The translations under genes were made by a program, and so were the position numbers. Positions 1 to 6,262 of a DNA stretch of 16,961 nucleotides are shown here, in pieces; within the stretch, counting starts at the first letter, position 1, and each line of letters begins with the position of its first letter. Location: contig CAXSDE010000057.1 in the NCBI GenBank assembly GCA_964236265.1, positions 1-16,961 on the forward strand. Direction: 5' to 3'. Under the pieces are notes generated by a model that ran no database searches, was not told the DNA's origin, and was given only the letters and a program-made list of their open reading frames with translations. Source of the stretch: an uncultured bacterium. Its GTDB lineage: Bacteria > Actinomycetota > Actinomycetes > JAVEEB01.

Positions 1-1118
1 GCACGGACGGCGACGGCGGGAACGGACACGGCGGGAACGGACACGGCCACGGTGACGACGCCGGCACGACCATCGGTTGGACGAATCCGGGCCGCCCCCG
101 CCGGCACTGCGGGACGTCGACGGGCGAGCTGCCCGGTGGCGTCCTCAATCCGAAGGACTTCGACCCGCGGCCGCCGAACGAGTGGCCCGGTCAACGCGGC
201 GACCTGTTCCTGCCGTTCCTCTTCCTCCGCGCCAATCCCGGAGACCTTGCCGCGCGCCCCGTTGTCGGACCGTTCTGGGAGAGTCCCGACATCCTCCTGC
301 TCGCTGGGGTCGATCCCGCAGTCGCGCCGCGGATCCCGCCGGCGCTGGGTCAGACCGCCAATGCGAATGAGCCCAACACCGTGTATGCGCATGTCTGGAA
401 CTTCGGGTTGTCCAGTGCTCCGTGCGTGGTCGTCGAGTTCTACTGGTGCGACCCGACGCTCGGCGTCAACGCTGCCGGTACGCACCTGATCGGCGTCGAG
501 ACCGTGTCCCTCGGTGCGCGGGGGAGTGGCCGGTCCCACGCTGTCGTGAAGTGCCCGACCGCGTGGGTGCCGACGTTCCTCAACGGAGGTCACGAGTGTC
601 TCGTCGTCCGCGTGTGGGACGAGACCAGCGACGGGCTCGGGACGCCACCGTGGGACGCCGCCCTCAACCGGCACGTGGGTCAGCGCAACATCCACGTCGT
701 CGAGTCGACCGGGATGCATGCCATGGCGCGTTCGATCGGTGAGGTGCTGGAGATGCAGGCGCCGCTGGCGCCGTTGACGCTGAAGGTCGGACCTTTGTAC
801 GGCGCACCCGCCACCGTGGCCGTCGCCCGGGCGGCGCCGCACGAGATGCCGTGGCTGCAGTTGCACACGGGCGTCCGGGGCCAGTTCCCCGCGCAGGCCA
901 TGCCCACGGGCACGGTGCTCCTGTCGGCTCCGCGCGGCATCGGCTCGGGCGCCGGTGGTGCACTCGACACCTCCCACGAGGTCACCGGCGACGATCAGCA
1001 GGTTGGCTTCCACGTCGACGACGCGCCACCGAAGCCCGGAGAGGCGCACGTCTACCGCGTGACCGCCAGCCAGGACGGCCAGGTGTTCGGTGGCTACACC
1101 GTGGTCCTCATCGGCTGA
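1..1118 (+). CDS. Hypothetical protein, 5'-truncated by the window edge. It has a Gly/His/Asn-rich N-terminal repeat followed by a C-terminal domain of unknown family.
   Basis: The reading frame that begins at nt 3 is open from the window edge to TGA 1116-1118. The ORF-track entry 381..1118 is only its 3' part, because 381 is an internal GTG. The translation reads ...TDGDGGNGHGGNGHGHGDD...NPKDFDPRPPNEWPG...YAHVWNFGLSSAPCVVVEFYWCDPTLG...RVWDETSDGLGTPPWD.... Third-position GC is high and amino-acid composition is balanced, unlike the overlapping Arg-rich frames. I recognise no family. Confidence 0.6.
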   Translation, partial: TDGDGGNGHGGNGHGHGDDAGTTIGWTNPGRPRRHCGTSTGELPGGVLNPKDFDPRPPNEWPGQRGDLFLPFLFLRANPGDLAARPVVGPFWESPDILLLAGVDPAVAPRIPPALGQTANANEPNTVYAHVWNFGLSSAPCVVVEFYWCDPTLGVNAAGTHLIGVETVSLGARGSGRSHAVVKCPTAWVPTFLNGGHECLVVRVWDETSDGLGTPPWDAALNRHVGQRNIHVVESTGMHAMARSIGEVLEMQAPLAPLTLKVGPLYGAPATVAVARAAPHEMPWLQLHTGVRGQFPAQAMPTGTVLLSAPRGIGSGAGGALDTSHEVTGDDQQVGFHVDDAPPKPGEAHVYRVTASQDGQVFGGYTVVLIG

Positions 1119-1660
1119 CGCGAGCCCCGCCGGCGCCGGCGGCTGATCGCGTGCCACAGCCGACCCACGAGGACTGTCCCCACGAGCCACAAGCCGTAGG
1201 CGAACGGAGTCCAGGCACCGCCGAGGAAGTCGCCCTTCCCGTCGGTGAAGGTGTAGGTGACCGCGCTCTGGACGTAGCCGAGGCCGCCCCAGGTGAAGGT
1301 GCCGGTCGCGTGCGGGTTGGCCGCCGTTATGCCGGCACCGAAGGCGGCGGCGGCCTCGTGCAGAAACTCCGTGAAGAACAGCTGTCCGGTCAGGAGAAAC
1401 GTCGCCGCCGCGATCCAGCGCGGACGCGGTCCGTCACCGAACTCCGCCGACAGGTATCCGGCCGCCAGGTCCCGGCTGCTGCCGAGCTGGCGGAGTGCCG
1501 CCGCCGTGCCGACGTCCTGCGCGGCCGTGATCAGGTTGGCCCGCACCTCTCGGCATTTCTCGACCCGCGACCGGGTGGGCAGGTCGTACAAGCGCTGGTC
1601 GAGGGACCAGACGGCGCGTTCGATCCGCAGTCGGTCGAGCCACGTGGGCAAGTGCGACAT
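1094..1660 (-). CDS. DUF1700/HAAS-like membrane protein, the usual partner of a PadR regulator
   Basis: The ORF 1094..1735 on the minus strand is trimmed to the ATG at 1660-1658, which has the RBS GAAGGGGAA about 8 nt upstream. Its ATG lies 2 nt after the PadR stop (TGAccATG). The N-terminal ~70 aa (LDRLRIERAVWSLDQRLYDLP...REVRANLITAAQDVG...LRQLGSSRDLAAGYLSAEFG) follow the DUF1700/HAAS pattern L..L...L..LP...R.EI......G..E.I..LG.P...A.E. Two hydrophobic helices follow: WIAAATFLLTGQLFFTEFL and FAYGLWLVGTVLVGRLW. Its 3' end overlaps the convergent gene at 1..1118 by 25 bp. Confidence 0.6.
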   Translation of the reverse strand: MSHLPTWLDRLRIERAVWSLDQRLYDLPTRSRVEKCREVRANLITAAQDVGTAAALRQLGSSRDLAAGYLSAEFGDGPRPRWIAAATFLLTGQLFFTEFLHEAAAAFGAGITAANPHATGTFTWGGLGYVQSAVTYTFTDGKGDFLGGAWTPFAYGLWLVGTVLVGRLWHAISRRRRRGSRQPMRTTV

Positions 1661-1662
1661 GG

Positions 1663-2016
1663 TCAGTTCCCCTTCGTCGGGGCCGGTGCGGCGCGCTGCA
1701 GGACGGAGTCGACGATGTCGGCGAGGGCGGCCCAACTCGCGGCGCCGGCGGCGAGGGCAGCCGTGCCGGCGACGGTGGGGCGGTAGTACTTGCGGGCGGG
1801 CCCCGCGGTCGACGACACGAGCCGCGCGCTGACGCGGCCCTCGCGCTCGAGGCGCGCGAGCGCCGGGTAGACGGTGCCTTCGAGCACGCCGCTGAGGCCG
1901 GCCTGGTGCAGCCGTTGCACGAGCTCATAGCCGTAGGACTCCTGCTCCGTCACCAACTGCAGCAGCAGCAGGGACAGCAGGCCCTTGAGGAGCTGCGGGT
2001 CATGTGCAGGCGGCAT
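1663..2016 (-). CDS. PadR-family transcriptional regulator
   Basis: The 117-aa protein MPPAHDPQLLKGLLSLLLLQLVTEQESYGYELVQRLHQAGLSGVLEGTVYPALARLEREGRVSARLVSS...ARKYYRPT matches the PadR winged-helix signature LLxLL...HGYEL...GTLYPAL.RLE..G...RKYY. Confidence 0.8.
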   Translation of the reverse strand: MPPAHDPQLLKGLLSLLLLQLVTEQESYGYELVQRLHQAGLSGVLEGTVYPALARLEREGRVSARLVSSTAGPARKYYRPTVAGTAALAAGAASWAALADIVDSVLQRAAPAPTKGN

Positions 2017-2462
2017 GGAACTAGGCTATGACGGCTACCAGGCATAATCAAGTACCAGTGTCCCTGAGCCTGAGCGAGCCTCTCGGCCGTCTGCACCTGC
2101 GCATGCACGGCTCGAGGGCGCCTGATCGTCACAGGCCTCGAGCTGCCGACGAGCGCACGCCATGAAGGTATTCGAGGTCGCCGGTTCCGATTCGCACCTC
2201 AACACTTCCCTGCTCACCGAAGCGGTCAAGACTCAACGCGTCGGATCCGGACAAGGGTCCCAGCAACCGCCAGCCGGGGTAAGCGAAACATGTCGTCAGC
2301 CCGGACGACTGCGCGCCCGGCGGCGGGCCGATACGCTCGCGGCATGACCGCTGGTCAGTCGTTCCGGACACGGGCCGCGCGCGATGTCGCGCGCGTCGCC
2401 TCGAGCGCCGCCGCGCCGTGGGTGTCCATCGACACCCAGCGACCGGTCCGGGCGGATCGCTG

Positions 2463-3302
2463 ATGAAGGCGTCGATGACGCCGACCGTCGCGGGGCCGCC
2501 GGGGCTGTTCACCGGCAACGCCGCTGCGATGGCCTCTTACTACGACACGGTGTTGCTGCCGGGATTGTTCGGTCCGTGGGCCGACGATCTCGTCACGCGG
2601 TTGCCGATGCGGGCGTCCGACCAGGTGTTGGATGTCGCCTGCGGCACCGGCGCGCTGTCGGCCTCCCTCGCTGCACGGCTTACCGCCGGCGGACGGGTTC
2701 TGGGTGTCGACCTCGCCCCGGCCATGCTGTCGATCGGCCGAGGAAAGTCCATGCCGGATACGCAATTCTGTGTGGGCGATGCCGTCGCGCTTCCCGTCAA
2801 GGACGGACAGTTCGACGGCGTCGTCAGTCAGCAAGGGCTGCAGTTCGTGCCCGACCGGGCGGCGGCGGTGCGCGAGATGCGCCGTGCGGCCAGGGGAGGA
2901 GCGTGGCTGGCGGTCGCATGCTGGACAGCGGCCGCCGAGCAGGTGCCGATGCTCGCGTTCCGCACAGCACTGCAGGATCGGGGGTGGGCCGAGGCGGCTG
3001 CCGCGCTCACGACACCGTTCTCGCTCGCCGACCCGACGGAGCTGGCGGCGCTCGTCGCCGACAACGGCTTCGGCGCGGTGCGCGTCGAAACGGTGACGCT
3101 CGAGGTCCACCTACCGGAGCCCGCGGTCTTCGCCCACGGATACGCGCAGGTTCCGCCGTTCCAGTCGGCCTACCTGGCGGCGACGCAGGACGAGCGCGAC
3201 GCGTTCGTGGACGATGTCGCCGGCCGGCTCGCTGCGTACAAGTCCGCCTACGGGATGTCGGCTCCGATGACGTCGTCGTTGGTGTTCGCGGCAGCCGTCT
3301 GA
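2463..3302 (+). CDS. Class I SAM-dependent methyltransferase
   Basis: The ORF 2418..3302 is trimmed to the ATG at 2463 (MKASMTPTVAG...). SAM-binding motif I is present as VLDVACGTG, followed by RVLGVDLAPAML and the acidic loop FCVGDAVALPVKDGQFDGVV that is typical of the Methyltransf_11/25 fold. The stop is TGA 3300-3302. The exact start (2463 or 2478) is uncertain. Confidence 0.8.
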   Translation: MKASMTPTVAGPPGLFTGNAAAMASYYDTVLLPGLFGPWADDLVTRLPMRASDQVLDVACGTGALSASLAARLTAGGRVLGVDLAPAMLSIGRGKSMPDTQFCVGDAVALPVKDGQFDGVVSQQGLQFVPDRAAAVREMRRAARGGAWLAVACWTAAAEQVPMLAFRTALQDRGWAEAAAALTTPFSLADPTELAALVADNGFGAVRVETVTLEVHLPEPAVFAHGYAQVPPFQSAYLAATQDERDAFVDDVAGRLAAYKSAYGMSAPMTSSLVFAAAV

Positions 3303-3304
3303 GG

Positions 3305-4098
3305 TCACAGCCGTCCAGCGTCGCCGGCGCAGTAACGTGTCGGCAGTTTCCGGCCGACGAGCCCACGCAGTCGTGTCCACGGCACCACGATGGTGACGAG
3401 CCCCTCTGCGTGGCTGGCGACCTGGTAGTCGCTGAAGTGAATCTCCCACCCTCTGGGCACCGGCTTGTAACGGAGGAAGTTGCCGAGCACCGGCTTTGTG
3501 CCGTCGAGCCAGAAGAACGAGTCGATCCCGCGAGCTTTCAGCTGCCGGCGTGATTCCTTGCTGAGCACGCTCAGGAAAGCCGTGCGCTTACCCTTCGCGA
3601 TCCAGTCGCTCACGCGCAACCGCCTGCCGGTCGCGCGGTCGAACGTCAGCGGGTCACTCTCGCCGGTGCCGTGTGCGGCGCCGTAGAAGAACGCGTAGAA
3701 GTCCTGGTCGAAGGTCACCAGCGAGGGGTCCGTGCGAGCGAGCGTGACCGTGTCGACCAGCTGCGTGTCGCCCGGCACCTCGTCGCCGGACGCCGTGCTG
3801 GCGGCCAGAGTGATCGCGTTGAGCGTTGCCGCGATCCTCCTCGCGGCAGCGGCAGGCAGGCCGGTGATGTGCTTGACGACCGTGCGCTGTGTGTAGAGAC
3901 CGTGGTGCCCGACTGTCGTCGTGACGAGTGTCGACGTGACGTGCACCGGAGCGGGGACCGCCGCCGGGGATGTGCGGCGACGGCAGGGGTGGCTCCCCCG
4001 CCGACGAGGATGGTGCCCCCGGCGACGGCAGGGGAGGCTCCCCCGCCGACGAGGGCAGCGGCGATGGCCGCGGAGAGGGCGGTGCGGCGGGCGGGCAT
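3305..4098 (-). CDS. Secreted DUF3298/DUF4163 (RsiV/PdaC-like) domain protein whose signal peptide and domain lie in different reading frames, so it is either a real pseudogene or an indel error
   Basis: A strong RBS (AGGAG, 6 nt) precedes the ATG at 4098-4096, which opens MPARRTALSAAIAAALVGGGASPAVAGGTILVGGGATPAVAA. This is signal-peptide-like and in the frame of ORF 3715..4341. The recognisable domain (VHVTSTLVTTTVGHHGLYTQRTVVKHITGLP...FDQDFYAFFYGAAHGTGESDPLTFDRATGRRLRVSDWIAKGKRTAFLSVLSKESRRQLKARGIDSFFWLDG...WEIHFSDYQVASHAEGLVTIVVPWTRL) is in the frame of ORF 3305..4423, which is shifted by 1 nt. Upstream of about nt 3975 that frame reads Arg-rich junk (PCRRRGHHPRRRGS...). The frame switch must lie at about 3940-3980, immediately 3' of the 45-bp repeat. 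The DUF3298 assignment comes from remembered motifs (FD..TG..L.L.DLF, GID.F, F..Y....Y..G...V.IPY..L). Confidence 0.5.
3976..4065. repeat. 45-bp tandem repeat, 2 copies; the first 34 nt are identical except for 1 mismatch
   Basis: Copy 1 (3976-4020) reads ggcgacggcaggggTggctcccccgccgacgagg.... Copy 2 (4021-4065) reads ggcgacggcaggggAggctcccccgccgacgagg.... The period is a multiple of 3. On the minus strand it encodes LVGGGASPAVAGGTI / LVGGGATPAVA in the signal-peptide frame of the gene above. Confidence 0.8.
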
Positions 4099-4439
4099 CG
4101 GTGCTCCTGGAGTGGTGCGGGTGCACGCGCACGATGCGCGTCGCCCGATCACACGCGGGGCGCGGCCATGAGGTTGCGGCTCCGCGCGAGCGCGATCCTG
4201 GCGGGGGAGGCCGACCCTCACATCGGCGTCGGTGAAATTGGTTGACTCCATGGCGACGGTGCGACACAGTCTGTGACGCGGCGTGGAACACCACGCCGAC
4301 CAAACGTTGAGATCGGTGGTGAGACCCGTGGCGAAGCGCACCTATTCCCGCACTCGTCTCGCTGCCGTCGATGGCACGCGCGCCCGTCTGGCGACCGGCG
4401 TTCGACGAGGCCTCTGCTAGCACGCATCAGTGCTGGTCC

Positions 4440-4478
4440 GAGCCGCCTCGCGAGAATCGCGACGGCGGCTCTTTTTTT
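4440..4478 (+). terminator. Rho-independent terminator: 14-bp stem with 1 bulge, 3-nt loop and a T7 tract
   Basis: gagccgcctcgcga / gaa / tcgcga(c)ggcggctc, followed by ttttttt at 4472-4478. A seven-T run is conspicuous in a 70% GC genome. The orientation is unambiguous for the plus strand, because on the minus strand the A-tract would precede the hairpin. Confidence 0.6.
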
Positions 4479-4596
4479 GCCGTTTCCCTGTCCACGTTCA
4501 CCTTTCGCGTGGTGCCGGGCCACGGGGGCGGCCCGATTGCCCTACGCCGGCCCTCCCACCCCCCCTTCCTTCTGCCTTGTGACAAGGACTATTGCC

Positions 4597-4878
4597 ATGC
4601 CCGCAGTCAGCACCGGCACGGAGCACGAGTTGTCGATCGCACCCGCCACGGAGTCCGGAGCGCGTCCACATCCACCCGATCCCGCCGGCCCGCTGTCCCC
4701 GCGGATCCCGGCGATGCTGCGGCGGCTCAGGCTCAGGCTCAGGCTCAGGCGGCGGCTCAGGCTCCGGCCGCGCTTGGCGCGGCGACGCCGCGAACGGACT
4801 CTCACGCCGCGGGACGCCGCCCTCCACGGCAGCGACCCGCATCTGAAGTACCACTCGTTTCCCCGTCACCTGCGCTGA
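4597..4878 (+). CDS. Candidate small Arg-rich protein of 93 aa that contains a hexanucleotide microsatellite. It is uncertain and could be non-coding.
   Basis: The ATG at 4597 is preceded by AAGGA 9 nt upstream (gacAAGGActattgccATG). The frame is open to TGA 4876-4878. Third-position GC in this frame is about 82%, the highest of the three frames here but below the roughly 90% of the firm genes. The translation is MPAVSTGTEHELSIAPATESGARPHPPDPAGPLSPRIPAMLRRLRLRLRLRRRLRLRPRLARRRRERTLTPRDAALHGSDPHLKYHSFPRHLR. A perfect hairpin lies 27 nt downstream of the stop. Confidence 0.25.
   Translation: MPAVSTGTEHELSIAPATESGARPHPPDPAGPLSPRIPAMLRRLRLRLRLRRRLRLRPRLARRRRERTLTPRDAALHGSDPHLKYHSFPRHLR
4718..4769. 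repeat. Hexanucleotide microsatellite [GCGGCG](GCTCAG)4[GCGGCG](GCTCAG)(GCTCCG)
   Basis: I read it directly as gcggcggctcaggctcaggctcaggctcaggcggcggctcaggctccggcc. Because the unit is 6 nt, expansion or contraction preserves the frame, giving (LR)n, (AQ)n or (GS)n depending on frame. Confidence 0.8.
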
Positions 4879-4904
4879 CGGAGCAACGCGAGTGGCGCAC
4901 CGAG

Positions 4905-4940
4905 CGTCGGTGCGGCGCTGGACACTGCGCCGCACCGACG
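4905..4940. other. Perfect 14-bp GC-rich stem-loop (cgtcggtgcggcgc / tggacact / gcgccgcaccgacg), possibly a terminator that lacks a U-tract
   Basis: The two arms are exact reverse complements with an 8-nt loop. There is no T/A tract on either side. It lies 27 nt after the stop of the candidate ORF 4597..4878 and about 90 nt beyond the stop (5031) of the convergent minus-strand methyltransferase. Confidence 0.4.
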
Positions 4941-5030
4941 TGACCCCGTGTCGCCCAACGGAGAGGGCAACGGCCTACGAAGCCGTCCGGTGCACGTTCG
5001 ACTCGTGCCACGGGGACATCGCCGACCGTG

Positions 5031-5846
5031 TCACCGCACAGCGACGGTGATGCGCACGTCCTGGTCGAAACCGATGCGACCGTCTGTATCCCGCGTCGCC
5101 TGCAGTGCGTGAAAAGCCTGTGCCCGCACGGCAGCCCGGTCGCCGTCGGGCACACGTTCCCACATGGCGCGTTGCCCGACGGACCACGTCCACGTGTGCC
5201 AGTGCTCCTCGTCGGTGAAACGCACGTCGACCGTGTCATGCACCGTGCGCACGTCACTGAATCCGGCGTCGCGGAACAATCCGGCAACGCCCTCATCGGA
5301 CTGGAATGGCCCCGACCGGCCGGTCGTACGGGCGTCGCGCATCGCCGGTGGCTGGTAGGGCTCGAAGACCGCGTCCACAGCTCGCCACGACTCCCCGTAC
5401 GCCCCGAACGTCGTCACGCCGACCCGCCCGCCATCGACGAGGAGACTACGCCAGGATCGCAAGGCTGCAAGGGGCTCGGGCAGGAAGAAGAGCACGAGCG
5501 AAGACGTGATGACGTCGTACGACGAAAGGCTCGTCGATGGTGACTCGGCATCGCCCACCCACACGTCGACCGCCAGTCCCGCAGCGGCGGCCTCCTCGCG
5601 CGCACCGGCCACCATCCCGGGGGACAGGTCGACGCCGTGGGCCGCGCCCGTCGGGCCGACAAGGGACGCCGCGCGCAGTAGCACAGCGCCGCGGCCGCAC
5701 CCAACGTCGAGCACCCGCTCACCCGGTCGGGGTGCGATCTGCGTGACGAGCCGCTCCGCGATCGGAGCGAAGAGGTTCACCCCCACCTGGTCGTACGTCG
5801 CGGCCGCGCGGTCGAAGACCCCCGCGATCGCAGTCCGCTGATCCAT
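5031..5846 (-). CDS. Class I SAM-dependent methyltransferase (Methyltransf_11/25-like)
   Basis: The protein is 271 aa and starts MDQRTAIAGVFDRAAATYDQ. Motif I is RVLDVGCGRGA, the post-I acidic residue is in HGVDLSPGMV, and motif II is DVWVGDAESP...YDVITSS. The RBS AGGAGG lies 5 nt upstream of the ATG at 5846. The stop is TGA at 5033-5031. Confidence 0.85.
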   Translation of the reverse strand: MDQRTAIAGVFDRAAATYDQVGVNLFAPIAERLVTQIAPRPGERVLDVGCGRGAVLLRAASLVGPTGAAHGVDLSPGMVAGAREEAAAAGLAVDVWVGDAESPSTSLSSYDVITSSLVLFFLPEPLAALRSWRSLLVDGGRVGVTTFGAYGESWRAVDAVFEPYQPPAMRDARTTGRSGPFQSDEGVAGLFRDAGFSDVRTVHDTVDVRFTDEEHWHTWTWSVGQRAMWERVPDGDRAAVRAQAFHALQATRDTDGRIGFDQDVRITVAVR

Positions 5847-5950
5847 CTGCGCCTCCTGTGCCGTCGGGCCGGCACCACGAACCTAGACCACCGCCCGCTC
5901 GGTATCCTGGACGTGGCCACCACGGTCGAGTGTCCCAAGAAGGGCTGCCG

Positions 5951-6172
5951 GTGCAGGACCACCAGGTCATCGGACGACAAGGCGTCGTGCTCCTGCGTAT
6001 TCCCGGCGGCGATGTGCCCGGCAAGGTGAGCGTGGACGTGCGCGGCACGCGTGAGACATTCATCGCGTACGCCGACACGGCCATCGAGGCGAGTTGCGAG
6101 ATTCTCGTGTTCGACAGCCGTGGCGAACGTACAGTCGACGTCATGATGGTGCCCTGGTCGCAGGGGGACTAG
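5951..6172 (+). CDS. NfeD-like C-terminal OB-fold protein that lacks the usual membrane anchor, the partner of the downstream flotillin
   Basis: The ORF 5858..6172 is trimmed to the GTG at 5951, which has the RBS AAGAAGGG 6 nt upstream. GTG 5858 would sit inside the RBS/5'UTR of the divergent gene that starts at 5846. The translation VQDHQVIGRQGVVLLRIPGGDVPGKVSVDVRGTRETFIAYADTAIEASCEILVFDSRGERTVDVMMV has the NfeD beta-barrel pattern (G.V.V...G...A......I..G..V.V......L.V). The next gene is an SPFH/flotillin gene, matching the conserved NfeD-SPFH operon. Confidence 0.55.
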   Translation: MQDHQVIGRQGVVLLRIPGGDVPGKVSVDVRGTRETFIAYADTAIEASCEILVFDSRGERTVDVMMVPWSQGD

Positions 6173-6262
6173 CGGGACCGGCGCATGCCAGGCGTCGCCG
6201 ACGGCACGCGTCGCCGAAGACCACGCGCGCCGACAGGCACGCATCGAGGCAGGGGAAGCAAC

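Noticed and set aside
851-1786. 311-aa plus-strand ORF
   Set aside because: It is an Arg/Pro/Gly-rich translation running antisense to the HAAS and PadR genes, the typical shadow ORF of a high-GC genome, with no RBS or recognisable domain.
2162-2347. 61-aa ORF in the padR-methyltransferase intergenic region
   Set aside because: There is no SD. Third-position GC is only about 62%, against roughly 90% in the real genes here. The translation is low-complexity. It is probably non-coding spacer or promoter DNA.
4117-4141. Short inverted repeat ACGCGCA-cga-TGCGCGT in the 5'UTR of the DUF3298 gene
   Set aside because: A 7-bp GC-only stem occurs by chance often at 70% GC, and there is no supporting context.
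4277-4420. Roughly 47-codon plus-strand frame ending at TAG 4418-4420, just before the T7 terminator
   Set aside because: It was considered as the small gene served by the terminator. It has only GTG starts without an SD, third-position GC of about 72% and a basic low-complexity translation. I leave the transcript as a candidate sRNA instead.
3305-4423. Full 372-aa minus ORF, taken as the gene model for the DUF3298 protein
   Set aside because: Only the C-terminal ~220 aa look protein-like. The N-terminal ~150 aa (PHRPLRGHRRCPRRRGSLPCRRRGHHPRRR...) are Arg-rich junk. A far better start (AGGAG plus ATG 4098 with a signal peptide) exists in another frame, so I modelled it as a frameshifted gene 3305..4098.
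5858-5950. Upstream GTG start (5858) for the NfeD-like ORF
   Set aside because: It would begin inside the RBS/5'UTR of the divergent methyltransferase (ATG at 5846). The added 31 residues (PSGRHHEPRPPPARYPGRGHHGR...) are not membrane-anchor-like. The GTG at 5951 with AAGAAGGG is preferred.
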